DNA of 63,141 nt, counting the filler, from Conidiobolus incongruus B7586 (Eukaryota): NCBI GenBank assembly GCA_000697335.1. It is 5 parts of 5 records of this genome, joined end to end, with 100 filler letters (N's around TTAATTAATTAA, not from the genome) between each part and the next. Parts side by side here need not be neighbours in the genome. Positions count along the whole stretch, not along the records: positions 9,570 to 26,988 come from JNEM01000110.1; 4 more parts are not named here. One strand, written 5' to 3'. The notes under the pieces were generated by a model. It was not told the DNA's origin. It did no database searches and saw nothing but the letters and a program-made list of their open reading frames with translations. Shown piece by piece: positions 10,577 to 23,362 of the stretch. The first letter of the stretch is position 1, and every line of letters starts with the position of its first letter. The position numbers were made by a program, and so were the translations under genes.

Positions 10577-12511
10577 TTAAGTTAGTAGTTGTAATTTGGA
10601 TTGATTGGATAATTTGGGAGGTTTAGGAGGAGGGCAACCTGGTGCAAGTCTGAAACCAGCACTCAAATTAGCTAAAGGAGGATCGTTCCTCATAGACAAC
10701 CAGAAGAGTGCACTTCTTTTTTGGATTAGTACATCCCCAAGTTGTTTTTGAAAGATGAAATTGAGAAATGATACCAATATGGAAGTGATTTTTTTGTTCG
10801 CAATATCCGCTAGCTCGCAGAATACTTTTAATTTCGAGCCAGCGTCGTTGTGGTCGATGAAATGTTGGAGCAAACGTATACCACTCCATGCAATAGAGAG
10901 GATGAAATTTTTGGTTCCCGCTGCGTATAGCGTCATCCAGACCCCTTGACTCACCATCAGGAGAGAAAGGGAGGTGCAGCTTAGTAAAAATTCTGTGAAG
11001 ATCGACACATATGCAGAATCATCAAGTTGATTTGATCGGTCTGGTAGGTGAGGCATCAATAGGAAGAGAGTTGCTCCATGGTAATAGAGATGAAGACCAG
11101 TTACTAAAGCTAAATGGTTCGGTTTAAAGTGGCAAGACTGGATAAAGTTTGTAAATTTCACTCTCCAATCGTCTAGGTCATTTTTGATAATGTCCATTTC
11201 TTTTTTTAGTTTTGTGGTTGGATAATATCCATTACCATATTTTGTGATAGTGTTATGGTTGTATAACCTAACTCTCTCGAAAATAGGAAGACCCAAATAA
11301 AGATAGTAAATAAGTTTAGCTTCAAGGGTACTGGTCCATCCTAGTCCATCACAATCAGCAAACAGTGCATTTAATGCAGGTGCTATATTTGGAAGAGTTT
11401 CTTCAAAAGCATACCCTTCAATTGGAACTTTAGCAGTTAATACAATACTAGAATAAAACAACATACATGACCAAATTACTAAATTTTGCTCCCAATTTAA
11501 TAATTCAATAAAATTATTCTTAGGCTTGGTAGCCAGAATATAATTCATGGGCTGAGTAAAATTTTCAAACCAACCGAGTTTTTGAGCCAAATTTTTGGAA
11601 GTGCTGTATGACCTTGTACCTGAACTGTAGTCCAATTGACAAGATATAAGAAGTATCTGAATCTGGCAAGGGTATGTGCTGGGATCATTTTGATCAATTA
11701 GCATCAGTAAAGACTGTGATCTTTCGAAGTAAAATTCCGCTAATTGAGAGTAATTTACCGGAGTACGGTAAGGCTCAACTGCAAGATACTGGCATGAACA
11801 GCACATAATAATAGCAAGTAATGACTGAAAATCTATATTATTCCAGTGACACTTTAATCGATAGTTGAAATAGTCCGGATGCACTAAGGTGAAAAATGGG
11901 TTGTAATATTTAAAAAACAATTTGAGTAAGTGTTGCTCTAATTGATCCAAGCATCTTTTAAATTCGATTATTTGAGGTTTTACTAAAGTTTGAGGATCAA
12001 TTCCGATTGACGTAGAATCTAAAGCAGGTCCTCTATAAACTGGAGCTTCGAAAGGATAGTGCAAACTGATATTCAGAGAGTTAGATATGAGCCTATCCAT
12101 CAGTTGTAACTCCCATGAAGGAAGCATACAGAACAGTTGAGTAATTAACCCTTGATTCATAGCTTTTGAAGGTGTTGAAAAATGATGTTGAATGAAACTT
12201 CTAACATTTTGGTCCTGAATATTGTTTTTAACATTAAATTTCAATGGGTTAGGAGTTTTGGTATAATCGACGAAAACATATTGGTTAGTATCTGTGTTAT
12301 TTTGCTTTGGGTTGAGTTTGATAGATGTTGATGAATTAGAACTAGTTTTATGTGATTCTTCAGGCTCTTTGGCTTTATTTTCTTGGTCTGTTTTCATTAT
12401 ATGCAGCCGAAAAGTTCCTTTTCTGGAGCATGACATAGGATGTGGCTTTCTAGGATGCTTTCCCGTAGAAAGGATTTTATACTTTTTAATTTCAGTTGAT
12501 TTGTTAGTCAT
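10577..12511 (-). CDS. Fungal-specific TF (Fungal_trans/MHR-like) domain protein without Zn2Cys6 cluster, paralog A (about 644 aa)
   Basis: HLLKLFFKYYNPFFTLVHPDYF...LLAIIMCCSCQY...AEFYFERSQSLL...QIQILLI fits the MHR pattern. The ORF-track start at 12565 is TTG; the first ATG is 12511. Confidence 0.75.
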   Translation of the reverse strand: MTNKSTEIKKYKILSTGKHPRKPHPMSCSRKGTFRLHIMKTDQENKAKEPEESHKTSSNSSTSIKLNPKQNNTDTNQYVFVDYTKTPNPLKFNVKNNIQDQNVRSFIQHHFSTPSKAMNQGLITQLFCMLPSWELQLMDRLISNSLNISLHYPFEAPVYRGPALDSTSIGIDPQTLVKPQIIEFKRCLDQLEQHLLKLFFKYYNPFFTLVHPDYFNYRLKCHWNNIDFQSLLAIIMCCSCQYLAVEPYRTPVNYSQLAEFYFERSQSLLMLIDQNDPSTYPCQIQILLISCQLDYSSGTRSYSTSKNLAQKLGWFENFTQPMNYILATKPKNNFIELLNWEQNLVIWSCMLFYSSIVLTAKVPIEGYAFEETLPNIAPALNALFADCDGLGWTSTLEAKLIYYLYLGLPIFERVRLYNHNTITKYGNGYYPTTKLKKEMDIIKNDLDDWRVKFTNFIQSCHFKPNHLALVTGLHLYYHGATLFLLMPHLPDRSNQLDDSAYVSIFTEFLLSCTSLSLLMVSQGVWMTLYAAGTKNFILSIAWSGIRLLQHFIDHNDAGSKLKVFCELADIANKKITSILVSFLNFIFQKQLGDVLIQKRSALFWLSMRNDPPLANLSAGFRLAPGCPPPKPPKLSNQSKLQLLT

Positions 12512-15500
12512 TGGTCCTCTAGATACAAACTTCAATGTTATGCAAATAAGAAAATGTTTATACAAAATAGTATTTCAGATAGCTAGCATTTGATAAGCTA
12601 GAGGAAATTGTATACAAGTTTAAGATTATATATTGTCTCTCTGTTGGATGAACTATCAAGAAAAAATCTATCAAGGAGCTAAATTAAATGATGATATTAT
12701 TGGAATATTATATAAAAAAGTGATATATTAATAAAAAATATAGATGACTTGATTCTTTAAAGACTATTTAAATACTCAATTTATCAATTTTCAGTGGGAT
12801 AAATTCCATGATTTATTCACTTAAACATACTGTTTTCAAACTTTATGTTAAAACTAATATCGTTTCAGTTAATTAGATTCCATAATCGGAATCTACTTAT
12901 ATTGTCACCAATATACATTAAACATGATTTTAAATAGGATTTTATCGTCTGATTATTCTAAATATATTATTTCTCATTCAATTTACACACTTGAAAATAT
13001 AAACTTGAACATTATTCTACAAATCATATCAAATATATTAATCTTGTTGAATTAAAAATCAAAATTCATTGTTATCATATTTATTCAAATTATATTTGAA
13101 TTTTTTTACTGAAAATTCAATTATTGACAAAAGAAATTCTTTATGAAATTGGCTTTATTTAAAACAGAAAACATCTTAGACATATAACCGTGTATTGTAT
13201 TGATTTTGGAATAGCAACCCTGTCCTATTAGTTAGGATATAATGAACAAATGTTTTGTTAAGTATATCTAAATTGATTTATTCAACAGTGTAATATGACC
13301 CCTGAAAGTATAGTTTTGTTCACTTTGTATAACTATTCAAAAAAGGTATTATTAAAATGATCACAAAATATTTGATAAAATTTTTTCCAAAATATTCCAT
13401 CAACTTATTCAAGTAAAATGTAAATGATACAAAATATAATATTTTAAATATTATTAATATTTGAATTAATTTCTCAAAATCCTTCATTATTCATAGATTT
13501 CAAAATAGAGATTATCAATTGTAAATGTTTGTTTTTGCGATAAAATATTAAAAAATTTCATTTACCTAATTAGGTAGTTTCCTATTTCAATAATTGTCAC
13601 CAATTATTGCTTGAAAATCACCCACGCCTTGAAATAAGAACAGAATATCAACTATGGCTGGATATAATAGGTAATTGTATAAATATGGCAGTTGTTGATA
13701 TGACGATGAGGAGCGCCACGATTGTATTATGAAAAGCTATATAATTCATGTATTTGTTCAATAGACTTTACTAATACTATAGTCTGTTGACATTCATTTT
13801 TCAGGATAAAGTATTATAATCAGATGTTTTTAGGTTCTTTCAACTATGGTGAAACAATAGTGTCATTATTCTACTTATCATATGCTGAAAATATAATTTT
13901 GTAATAATTTATTCTTGATTTTTATATTTTTATATTTTTATCTAATATACAATACTTAATTCATATCAAATACGTATCATTTGCCTTCTATATTTGTAAT
14001 GTACTGATTTTCACATTTGATGTTTAACCATGATTATTTTAGTAAATAAATTCAGTAATTATTAAATATATACCCATTATCCCTAGATATTATTATTAAC
14101 AAGAATGTTGATATAATTATATTTGTCTAAATATGACGAATATAAAAATGTATTAGTAACGGGTAAAATATAATTATATAAAATTTATTATCATAGAAAT
14201 TGAAATAACAAACAATTTAGTTAATCGCACTACAAGACAAATTACTTCGATCGATGACTTTCAGGGCGATTAATATAAATTAAAGAATATAATCTTACGC
14301 ACTAAGTTACTTTTTGGAATAGTTAATAATTTGAAAAAATATGTTTAAATCTTTAACATCATATTCAGGTATTGAATAAATTATTTAATATCGGTAGAGA
14401 GGGACAAAAATTTTTATAATGATTAGGAAAACGCATTTCCGCACTAGTTGAAAGAAGAATCAATTTGATAATTTTCATCAATATTTAAATAAACAATATC
14501 AAATTGCGTCCTAAGTAGTGAGTATATTGAAACTTTTTGTCCCCATAATTGATAGATTAATAAAACTTCAGGTGTATACTAAAATATCTTCAGATTGCAC
14601 AATAATCCTCACTTAAGATTTGAAACATCTTTCAAATCTTTTAACATTCAAACACATTTTGGAAATATTAGAGTTACTGACATTCGGATTATAATTGAAT
14701 TTCAAATATTTTCACCAAATATTTTATTATATATATTTTATGTATCTTAATATCGATAACAAATTAATAATAGATATTTATTTTATTTCAATTTTCAATA
14801 TCCATATAAACTAAAAAATATTATGATCAATAAATTCTTACTTTATGGTTGGTTAGTAGATTGCCCTCGATAGTATGATGTTTATATTTTATTATTAATT
14901 AAATTTCCATATCAGCTTTGTCCATAAATTATATATAGTTTTATGACTATAATTGATTTTTATATATTTTACATTTGGTATATATTAAATGTATTAATAA
15001 AGTATTAAATCAAAATATTGATTAATAGTAAAGTTTTCAAAATATATAAAATAAATTGTAAATATTTTAATTGAATCAATAAACTATAATATAATAGACT
15101 AACCAATTCACCCTTAATTAAATTCATTAATTTCTAAAAAATATTTTATAATGTTTATTTTTTATTCGATAACTTTAATTTTAATATGATATATATAATA
15201 TACTAATAATTTTAATTTTTTTTATTTGAAATCCTAATATTTATCATATTCTATATAAATTGAATATTAATACCATTATATTGAAACATTTTATATTAAA
15301 ACATCAAAATATTACAGTATTATTAGTTGATATTGACCAATATTAAACACCAAGTTAACTACTAATAATATATTCAAAATATAATTTTAATATATCTTAA
15401 ATATGGAAATGCTATATATTTACTTTTAGAATATATTAAATATAATTAGTTATAATAAATATTAAGAGGAAATATGATAGTATAATCAGTATATTGAAAT

Positions 15501-16699
15501 TATTTTGGAGATATATAAATTCTATCATATACCAGCAATCGTTTAATTATTTTACTTAATATAAAATATAAAATATGTAATATATAGTATTTTAATCAAA
15601 TGATTAGTCTAATATAGAGAAAAATTTCAAAAATATACTTAAAATTGATTTATTTAATAAATCATTATAGGAAGTGCTTACTATGTTCTTATGAAATAAT
15701 ATAATGTTTTTCATTTATTCAACAATTGATTATGGCAAATAAATATATATTTCAAATTAATACCAAAACTTTATTATATCTATTGCATAAACATACTGTG
15801 AATTATATCAAATTAGAATTGAATAAATATTTTAATTTGTAAAATCATTTTTCCAATTATTATTTATTATAATTTGAATAGGTAATACTCATTAACATAA
15901 TCAGTATTTATTTTGAAGAAATAAAAGAATATAGTTATAACTGCAAATTTAATAAAATTAACATTTATTATAAAGTAGAGTTGATATATTATAGCAGTGA
16001 TGCGCTATATTTTGAATTAAAATAATTAAACATAATAAAATAGCTTTTGTTAAACACAATCAAAATTTAAATATTTAACATATAAAGAATATATTATACC
16101 ATATTCTATCATACTTTTTTACTCAATTAAACCATAAAAAGTTAAACAAAGTTGTAATTTTGCTAAATAATATAGTCTAAATAAGAAAATCATTATATTT
16201 TCTTATCAGCTATTAAAATAATATTGTTTATATAATTTACTCAATCTCATATTTTAAGTTTTATTATTCAAATTAAAAAAACGGTAATTATGATAAATCA
16301 TATTAAAGAGGAAGATTTAATATTCGATTTATTTACTATTAATAAAGTAATAAATCAATATAATTCATTAACATATTTTCAAGTATTAATATTTATTACA
16401 TTATTAAAAAAGTGATCAGATTATTAAATCCTATAAATTTTATTAAATATATGTGCTTTGAACACATATATCAAATAATATTTGAATTATAGAATAAAAT
16501 TCCCTTGAGATCCATATTTAGTTTCTTAAATTCCTATTAAAATTTAACCCGTTTTTATAAATATTATCATTTTCAAGCCATTTGTATATCATTTTTAAAT
16601 CTACTTAAATAGGATAATTTATACAAATGACTAAATTAAAAAACTCATTAAATATTGAATTATAAGAAAAAAATTAAAACTATACATATTGTTATAAAA

Positions 16700-18525
16700 T
16701 GCTGATTAAGATCCAATATTTGGAGATTTTTAAAACAAAAATATTTGATATGACAAATAATTTAAAGAAATATAATTTACCATTGAATGAGATCATTGGT
16801 TTTAATATATATAAATGCAAAAATGGAGTTGTTAGTCAAATGATAAATTAAATCGAAGTTCAGAATTGTAGCAAGTTATCGAATAATTGTTATATTTGAT
16901 AAGAATTGTAAAGTGTGGAGGCTTTCAAGATCAATACAAAATCTTACTCAGTCCCATGATATTGACATTGTTAGGCCCTTGGTTCCACTTGGGCAGATTA
17001 TTGTCCATATAGCTTAGCATGCCATGAGTAGATAGATTGATATGACTCACAAAAAGAATTCATAATATAATTTGATATAAATTGTAAACTGAAGTTGAAT
17101 TGCATTTTGAGGTAGGTGAGGCATCAGAATTATAAAAATAGTTTGATGTTAGTTTAGGTGTAGAATCGTTACTAAAACTAGTTCATTTTATTTGAAATGA
17201 TATCGATCACAATACTGAGTAAATTATTCCTTTCATTGTATTAGATTTGGTTTAATTACAAGTTGCGTAATCTGGTTTTTGTTTAGGTTTAATGTGATTC
17301 GATTCTGTGACAATAAAATGTGATTTTATAATCTCATTCATGTCAATATAGGATGTCCCTTGTAAAGATGGTAAATTAGACGAGCTTCGAGAGACTTATC
17401 CATCTTTGATTGTCCTTTAGATAAAATAAAGCCTCCAATGGTGATAAAATATGGGGAATTTGAGATTCAAATTTAATGTGAAAATTTGTAGTGACCGCAA
17501 TTGTATGGAAAAAATTTTAAAAATCAAGTGAGAATGTTTTTCTGTCAATCGTAAACTTTGATTAAATCTTGGCACCTAAGCTTCAGTAAAAGAATTGCAT
17601 CCCTAGATTGAATAGTTCTTATCCCAGTGCATCTATTTAGACAGTATAGTAGCTTCGCTAAAACTTGATCTAACCAAGTTATAGTCTAAATCAAGTGATA
17701 AAATTGAATTTGAATTCAACTTGGAAATTACATAACATCTGTTGGATCATTTATTGTGTATAAACTCTGAGCTCTTTCGAAATAAAATCCCTCTAGTTGA
17801 AAAGTGCCAACGGAAATGTCTAAATCACGAAGTAGACAACACAATGTAGTACGATACTTTATAAAGATCGCAAGTCCATTTAATTGCAATTATTTTTTGA
17901 TCTGTGTTCATAAAAAATCAGGGTAGACAAGTGTAAAAAAGGATTAAGATATCTAAAATAGCTTCAATATATCATTTTCAATTCGCTATAAACCTTCTAT
18001 CTTAATTGTCTGTCGACAGATGAAACTAATTTTACTATGATCATTTGATATGACAGCTTGAGCTGATCCTCTATATTCATGAGATTCAAATGGGTAGTGG
18101 AGTGGAATTCTCAGCCAATTAGAGATGAGACGGCCCATAAACTTTCAGTCTCATAGGGGATGCTATTTCAGTCAGCTGGAGGGCAGGTGTTGAAAAGTGG
18201 GTAGATACCAAGTGTCTCAATTTCTCAACCTGATCACTGTAATGAATTATAAGCTTCACTGGGTTTGGTGCTGAAAAACAGTCATTATGAATGAATAGCC
18301 TAGAGTTTGGATCCTAAATCAATTTGCTCGCCATGATGAAACTGAAGAATTTGTGGGTATTTCTATTTGGTTTGATTAATAGATTTGGCTTGGAGGCTCG
18401 ATTTGGTTGCATGGTGTGTGCTCTAAATACATTTTTCCTTACACAAGTTAAATGTCTTGGCTACCTAAAATTTTTTGTACAGTCTAGGAATTTGAAAGTT
18501 TTTTTATTGAAATTTTGATCCACAG
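16700..18525 (-). pseudogene. Pseudogene paralog B of the Fungal_trans-like family
   Basis: Minus-strand segments NPVKLIIHYSDQVEKLRHLVSTHFSTP, NWLRIPLHYPFESHEYRGSA, NPFLHLVYPDF and GHPILT match paralogs A/D, with many stops and frameshifts. Ends approximate. Confidence 0.85.
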
Positions 18526-18973
18526 TCTATTAAATTTGAATTAGAGTCTTAGTTGTAGTAAAGAAATTTCAATAAACAAAGAAAAACGAAAATTCAAGAT
18601 CAACATTCCTGCATTTGTATTGATTTTTAAAATAAACTACTGGTTTTGTTGGTTGTATTTTTAATCTCATTTATCTTATTCCTAATAATTTTAAAATGGT
18701 TCATGCTAAACATAAAAATTTTTCAAATTCAAAATATTAACTTTCGTCTCCAATAGATCAGCGATAATTAAATTGAAAAAAATATTTTCCTCGCTAGTCA
18801 TATAAATCATCTTGTTTTAACAAAGTGTAAAATATTTTTTATTAAATCTTTTTGAACTGACTTTAAGAAATATACCATAATATTTTAATAATGACTTTTT
18901 AAAAAATATGCCATATTAATATATATATATATTGACTTTTCTATATAAATACCATTAGTATTACTTTGTCAAA

Positions 18974-20870
18974 ATGAATTAGTCTAAATATTATAAAAAA
19001 TCTTTGATATTTGGGAGAGGAGATAAAAACATTAAAAGAGTTACAACTCAATCAAATCTACATGAGATATTAAAATGCCAAATCATTGAATTTATCAAAA
19101 ATCAAGAGTTTGACCAAAACAAATAGATCTAACTCTATACCTTCGAATGAGGTAGATACCCTTGAAAAAAACTTGAAACTAATCAATTCAATCGACTTTG
19201 TACCAATATCAAGTTCGTTGGATTATATGGTACATAATGCTGATCAAATAATAAAACACAGACACTGTTTATATATCCACCTCTCCAATCCTTCGAGCAT
19301 ACTAAACGCAGATCACATCACTCAGATCATTGATTATTCTGCCATGGGAGTGAAAACTATTGAATGGGCTTCTTTCCAATAGACTGCTAATTCAACTTCA
19401 ATACTCATTCGAATCGCATATATATTGAGGGCCGGCTCGAGATGTCAAATTAGTTATTTAAACTTACCAAAATTTATTCAAAAAAATACTTAAAATTGAA
19501 ATCCATCCAATCTTTAGAACCACGTATATTAGAATTGTAATGTTATAATGCATTTTGGATAAATGTTCATCCTAACTATTTGGGTCACGAAATAAAATGA
19601 TATTGATATAAAATTGATTTCCAGTCATTATTGGCCATGATGTTGTCCTTTTCTTGCTCCTAACATGCGACTGAACCTTTTGACTACACTATGAACACAA
19701 CTCATCTTAATGAGTTTTACTTTGAAAAGCCGCTGAAAAATTAACTATGTTTGGTAGGTCGGATATCATTCTATATTCATTCAAGGCTCGGGTTCTTTTG
19801 CTTGTAATTTATAACCACTATAGCTCAGTTCTCAATAGTTATAGCGAAGCGACTAGACTCTCGAACGAACTTGCATAGAATCGCAGCTTTATTCAAACAA
19901 TAGATGCTATTCTCAAATTCAAGTCTAATAAAAATCATATCAACCAAGTATATAATTGGGAGGAGAATATACTCATTTGGCTGGCTTTAATACTCCATGC
20001 TACTACAATACCTATCGCCAAATTTCCCATCAATTGACTTGAGTTACAAATTACCAATGTTTTACCCTCTGTGGACGCTTTCTGAGATCGAACCGAATGC
20101 ACTATGAGGATAAACTCCCTTGAAGCAGGACTGCCATATTTCCTGTATAAAGGTTACCCCGTTTTCGAAACAATGAGGATTTACAATCATGAAACACTTA
20201 CAAGATGTGGTACAGGGTATTACCCAACTCCGAAGCAAATGAGTGAGCTATGTTCAATAAAATAAAGTTTAATTAAATCAGTGATCAGTTTAATAGATAT
20301 TGTGAAAAATGCCTCTTCAAGCTAAAAAAATCTTGCTTTGATTGTTTCTTTACAACTCTATTATCATAAAACTATTTTGATGATTCTTATGTCACACCTT
20401 CGGCGAGACTCTGTCCAGCTGCACGATCCTGTATACTTTGGTATATTTAAAGAATTCTTGCTGAATGCTGTATCAGTTTCCTTGCTCATGGTACGACAAG
20501 GTATTTTGATGATAATCTATTCAACTGGAACTAGAAACATTATCTTTTCAGTTGCATAGAATTGTGTGACATTGTGCTTAAATCATCTTGAAGAAATAGA
20601 GACAAGCAACAACTCTTCAAAGATCATTCGAAAACTCTAGCTTACAAAAATTCTGTTTAATTCGACAATTAACTACCAATTTTAGTTTCAGATTTGAGAA
20701 AGACTTTCAGCATTACTTACACAGAAACTAAGTTTATTATTTTGGTTAAATATGAGATCAGATAACTCACTTAAAAACCCCAGCAAAGGATTTAAAACTA
20801 AGTTCACTTGTCAAAAGCCCTATTTAAAACCACCTGGGCTAGCAAATTTTTACAATCTCAAATCATTAAA
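18974..20870 (+). pseudogene. Pseudogene paralog C of the Fungal_trans-like family
   Basis: ATG AAT TAG start. Segments IDFQSLLAMML, YNWEENILIW, FLYKGYPVFETMRIYNH, LQLYYHKTILMILM and FWLNMRSDNSLKN...KPPGL match D. Many lesions. Explains ORF-track fragments 19086, 20338 and 20752. Confidence 0.88.
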
Positions 20871-23362
20871 CATAAATATTTTAAATAAATCAATTAAGAA
20901 ACTTTATATATTTAATTATGGGTATTGGCTTAATATTTATATATTGATTTGTTTTATATACTTCAAATCACAACGCTCTCCTGAATTTAATATTATTGTT
21001 TATTAACAAAATATCATAGTATCCCAATTTTATTAACTAAAATTAGAGTTGTAATATTATATATTTATTCCTTTTAAGATATAATGATAATATATTTTAA
21101 TATATCTCAAATACCATTTTATTTTTATCAATTCAAAAACATGAAATAATATAAACGTATATAATTTTTGAGAAGGTAATAATATTTTCATCCACTCTAA
21201 TTTTGTATATTTAATAATTAAATCACGATTTTTAAATCACTGACTATTTAATAGTGAGTATAGTTGATTGAGATTTATATGTCTGTATAAGTGGCGAATT
21301 CAAATACTAATTATATATTATATAACTTTAACCCACATCTAACTTAGATTGTATCATTATCACCACTAATATATTATGATACATATTCTATTATTTAAAT
21401 AAAATGACATATATTCAGGTTATTTTTAAATTATCAATCATATTTCTGATTACTTTTGAAAATAAATGCATTTTCTAATATTCTTTTAATTGTAATATAT
21501 TCTCGATTTAGATTGATATTTATTATTTAATAATAAAACTCCTATATATTCTTATAAGTATTATAGTTATTTTTTAAAGTCCATTTCAATTCTAGAAATA
21601 CAATTATATAAATATTACTATATCTTGTTATCTCCAATATACTTAAAATATTCAAACCAGATATATTCATATATAATCTAATTCTGATATAATACACAAA
21701 GTCTTACTAATTAAATATTCCAGATTATATATTATAGTTAATAGCCAGATTCACGGCTTTTAGAATTTTTGCAGATATATCATATTGATTTAGGATATCA
21801 AAATTTTCATTATTAAATTTCAACCTAATACATTTTTTCAATTTATATAAAAAATAAAATCTATTTCAATAACTCCAAAATAGTCAGTTTATTGTCTCAT
21901 TCCAAAGAAAATTAACATCGATTCCATTAATCTAGAATTATTGTTGCTTCTAATCTATTCAAATATTAAGTATTTAAAAGATGATATATAAAAAACTAAA
22001 ATGTGTAATGATACGAATGATATAAATTTATCAAAAATCAAACTCCCTAAAAGCTTGTAGAATATTAAATATTGAAATCAAAATCACTATGGAAAATAAT
22101 ATTTTAAATATTTACCTAGAGCCAAAATTGACAAAATCGTCTTGAATATATTTATAAAATTGTTGAAAAGACTTTAGTCAAAGCTACCTGATAGAACCCT
22201 TGACAAATTTATGGAGCAGCTTGATTATTAACCAAATCTTGTAATTTTTAAACAGAAAGATTGACTAAATTTGGAAATAATTAAAAAACATTATGAGATA
22301 TATTTATATATCATTGTTTTGTTTTTTTAATGATAATATTTGAATTGTAACATTGAAATACACTCTATTTATATTATATACTGTTAATAATATCACTTTT
22401 TCATTATCTGGTTGTAAAAAGATTGGATGGTATTATTATCCCTGAATCGGCTTTATAAACCTATTAAGTTCTAGTCACAATTTTTATATCCAAGAAAATA
22501 ATCGGAAACACTAACTAAATTGGTGAATTCAATTTCATAATCCTCGAAAATATTTGTATTATTTAATTTCAAGTGATCTAAGTCTCTTTCAATTTTTAAT
22601 CAAAATTAAAATAGTTTATTAAAACATTTGTTAAAGTTGTATAGTCAATCTTAATAAAATATATTTATTATAGTTTCAATATAATAATTTATTGTTTCTG
22701 AATCAAATATAAAACAAAAGCATTCCTGAAATTGTATTAAACCTAAAATTTGGTTTTATATGTATGATACACTAAATTAATATTATCTTTTTGTTAAAAT
22801 TGTGATATTTAAATCAATCATGCTTTTAATATCTTTAATTGAAATAGAATATCCTAGAAGTGAAATATATTCTTATAAAATGATATAATAGGATTATATT
22901 ATTACTATTAAAATTAAAATTAAAATTAAATATATTTATATGGAGAGATGTGATTAATAAGGAGACGTTTATTGAGTAATGACTAAAATATCGATAATAT
23001 AAGAGGTTAATCCCGAAATGCGAAATTCCAAAATTGGATTTGGATCAAAATTGTAAATAATGAAATATGAGACATAATACAAATATAAATGTATAATATC
23101 CCACAAAAAATAGGACTGCTTTATTTATACTTTAATTCATACTGAAAAATTTATTTTATTTCTAATTTAAAACTGTTATTAAGTTATAAAATTTATTGAT
23201 ATCGTATTTATATTACGTTTTCTTGGGATTTCAGCTGGTTTTTTCATTTGAGCTTAACATTATATTTGAGTATTATTAAAGAATTTTTAGCATTGAATAA
23301 TACATTTTTCCATTAATTCCATCGAAGTATAATTTTCAATTCTTTTCTTAGCACTGGATACA

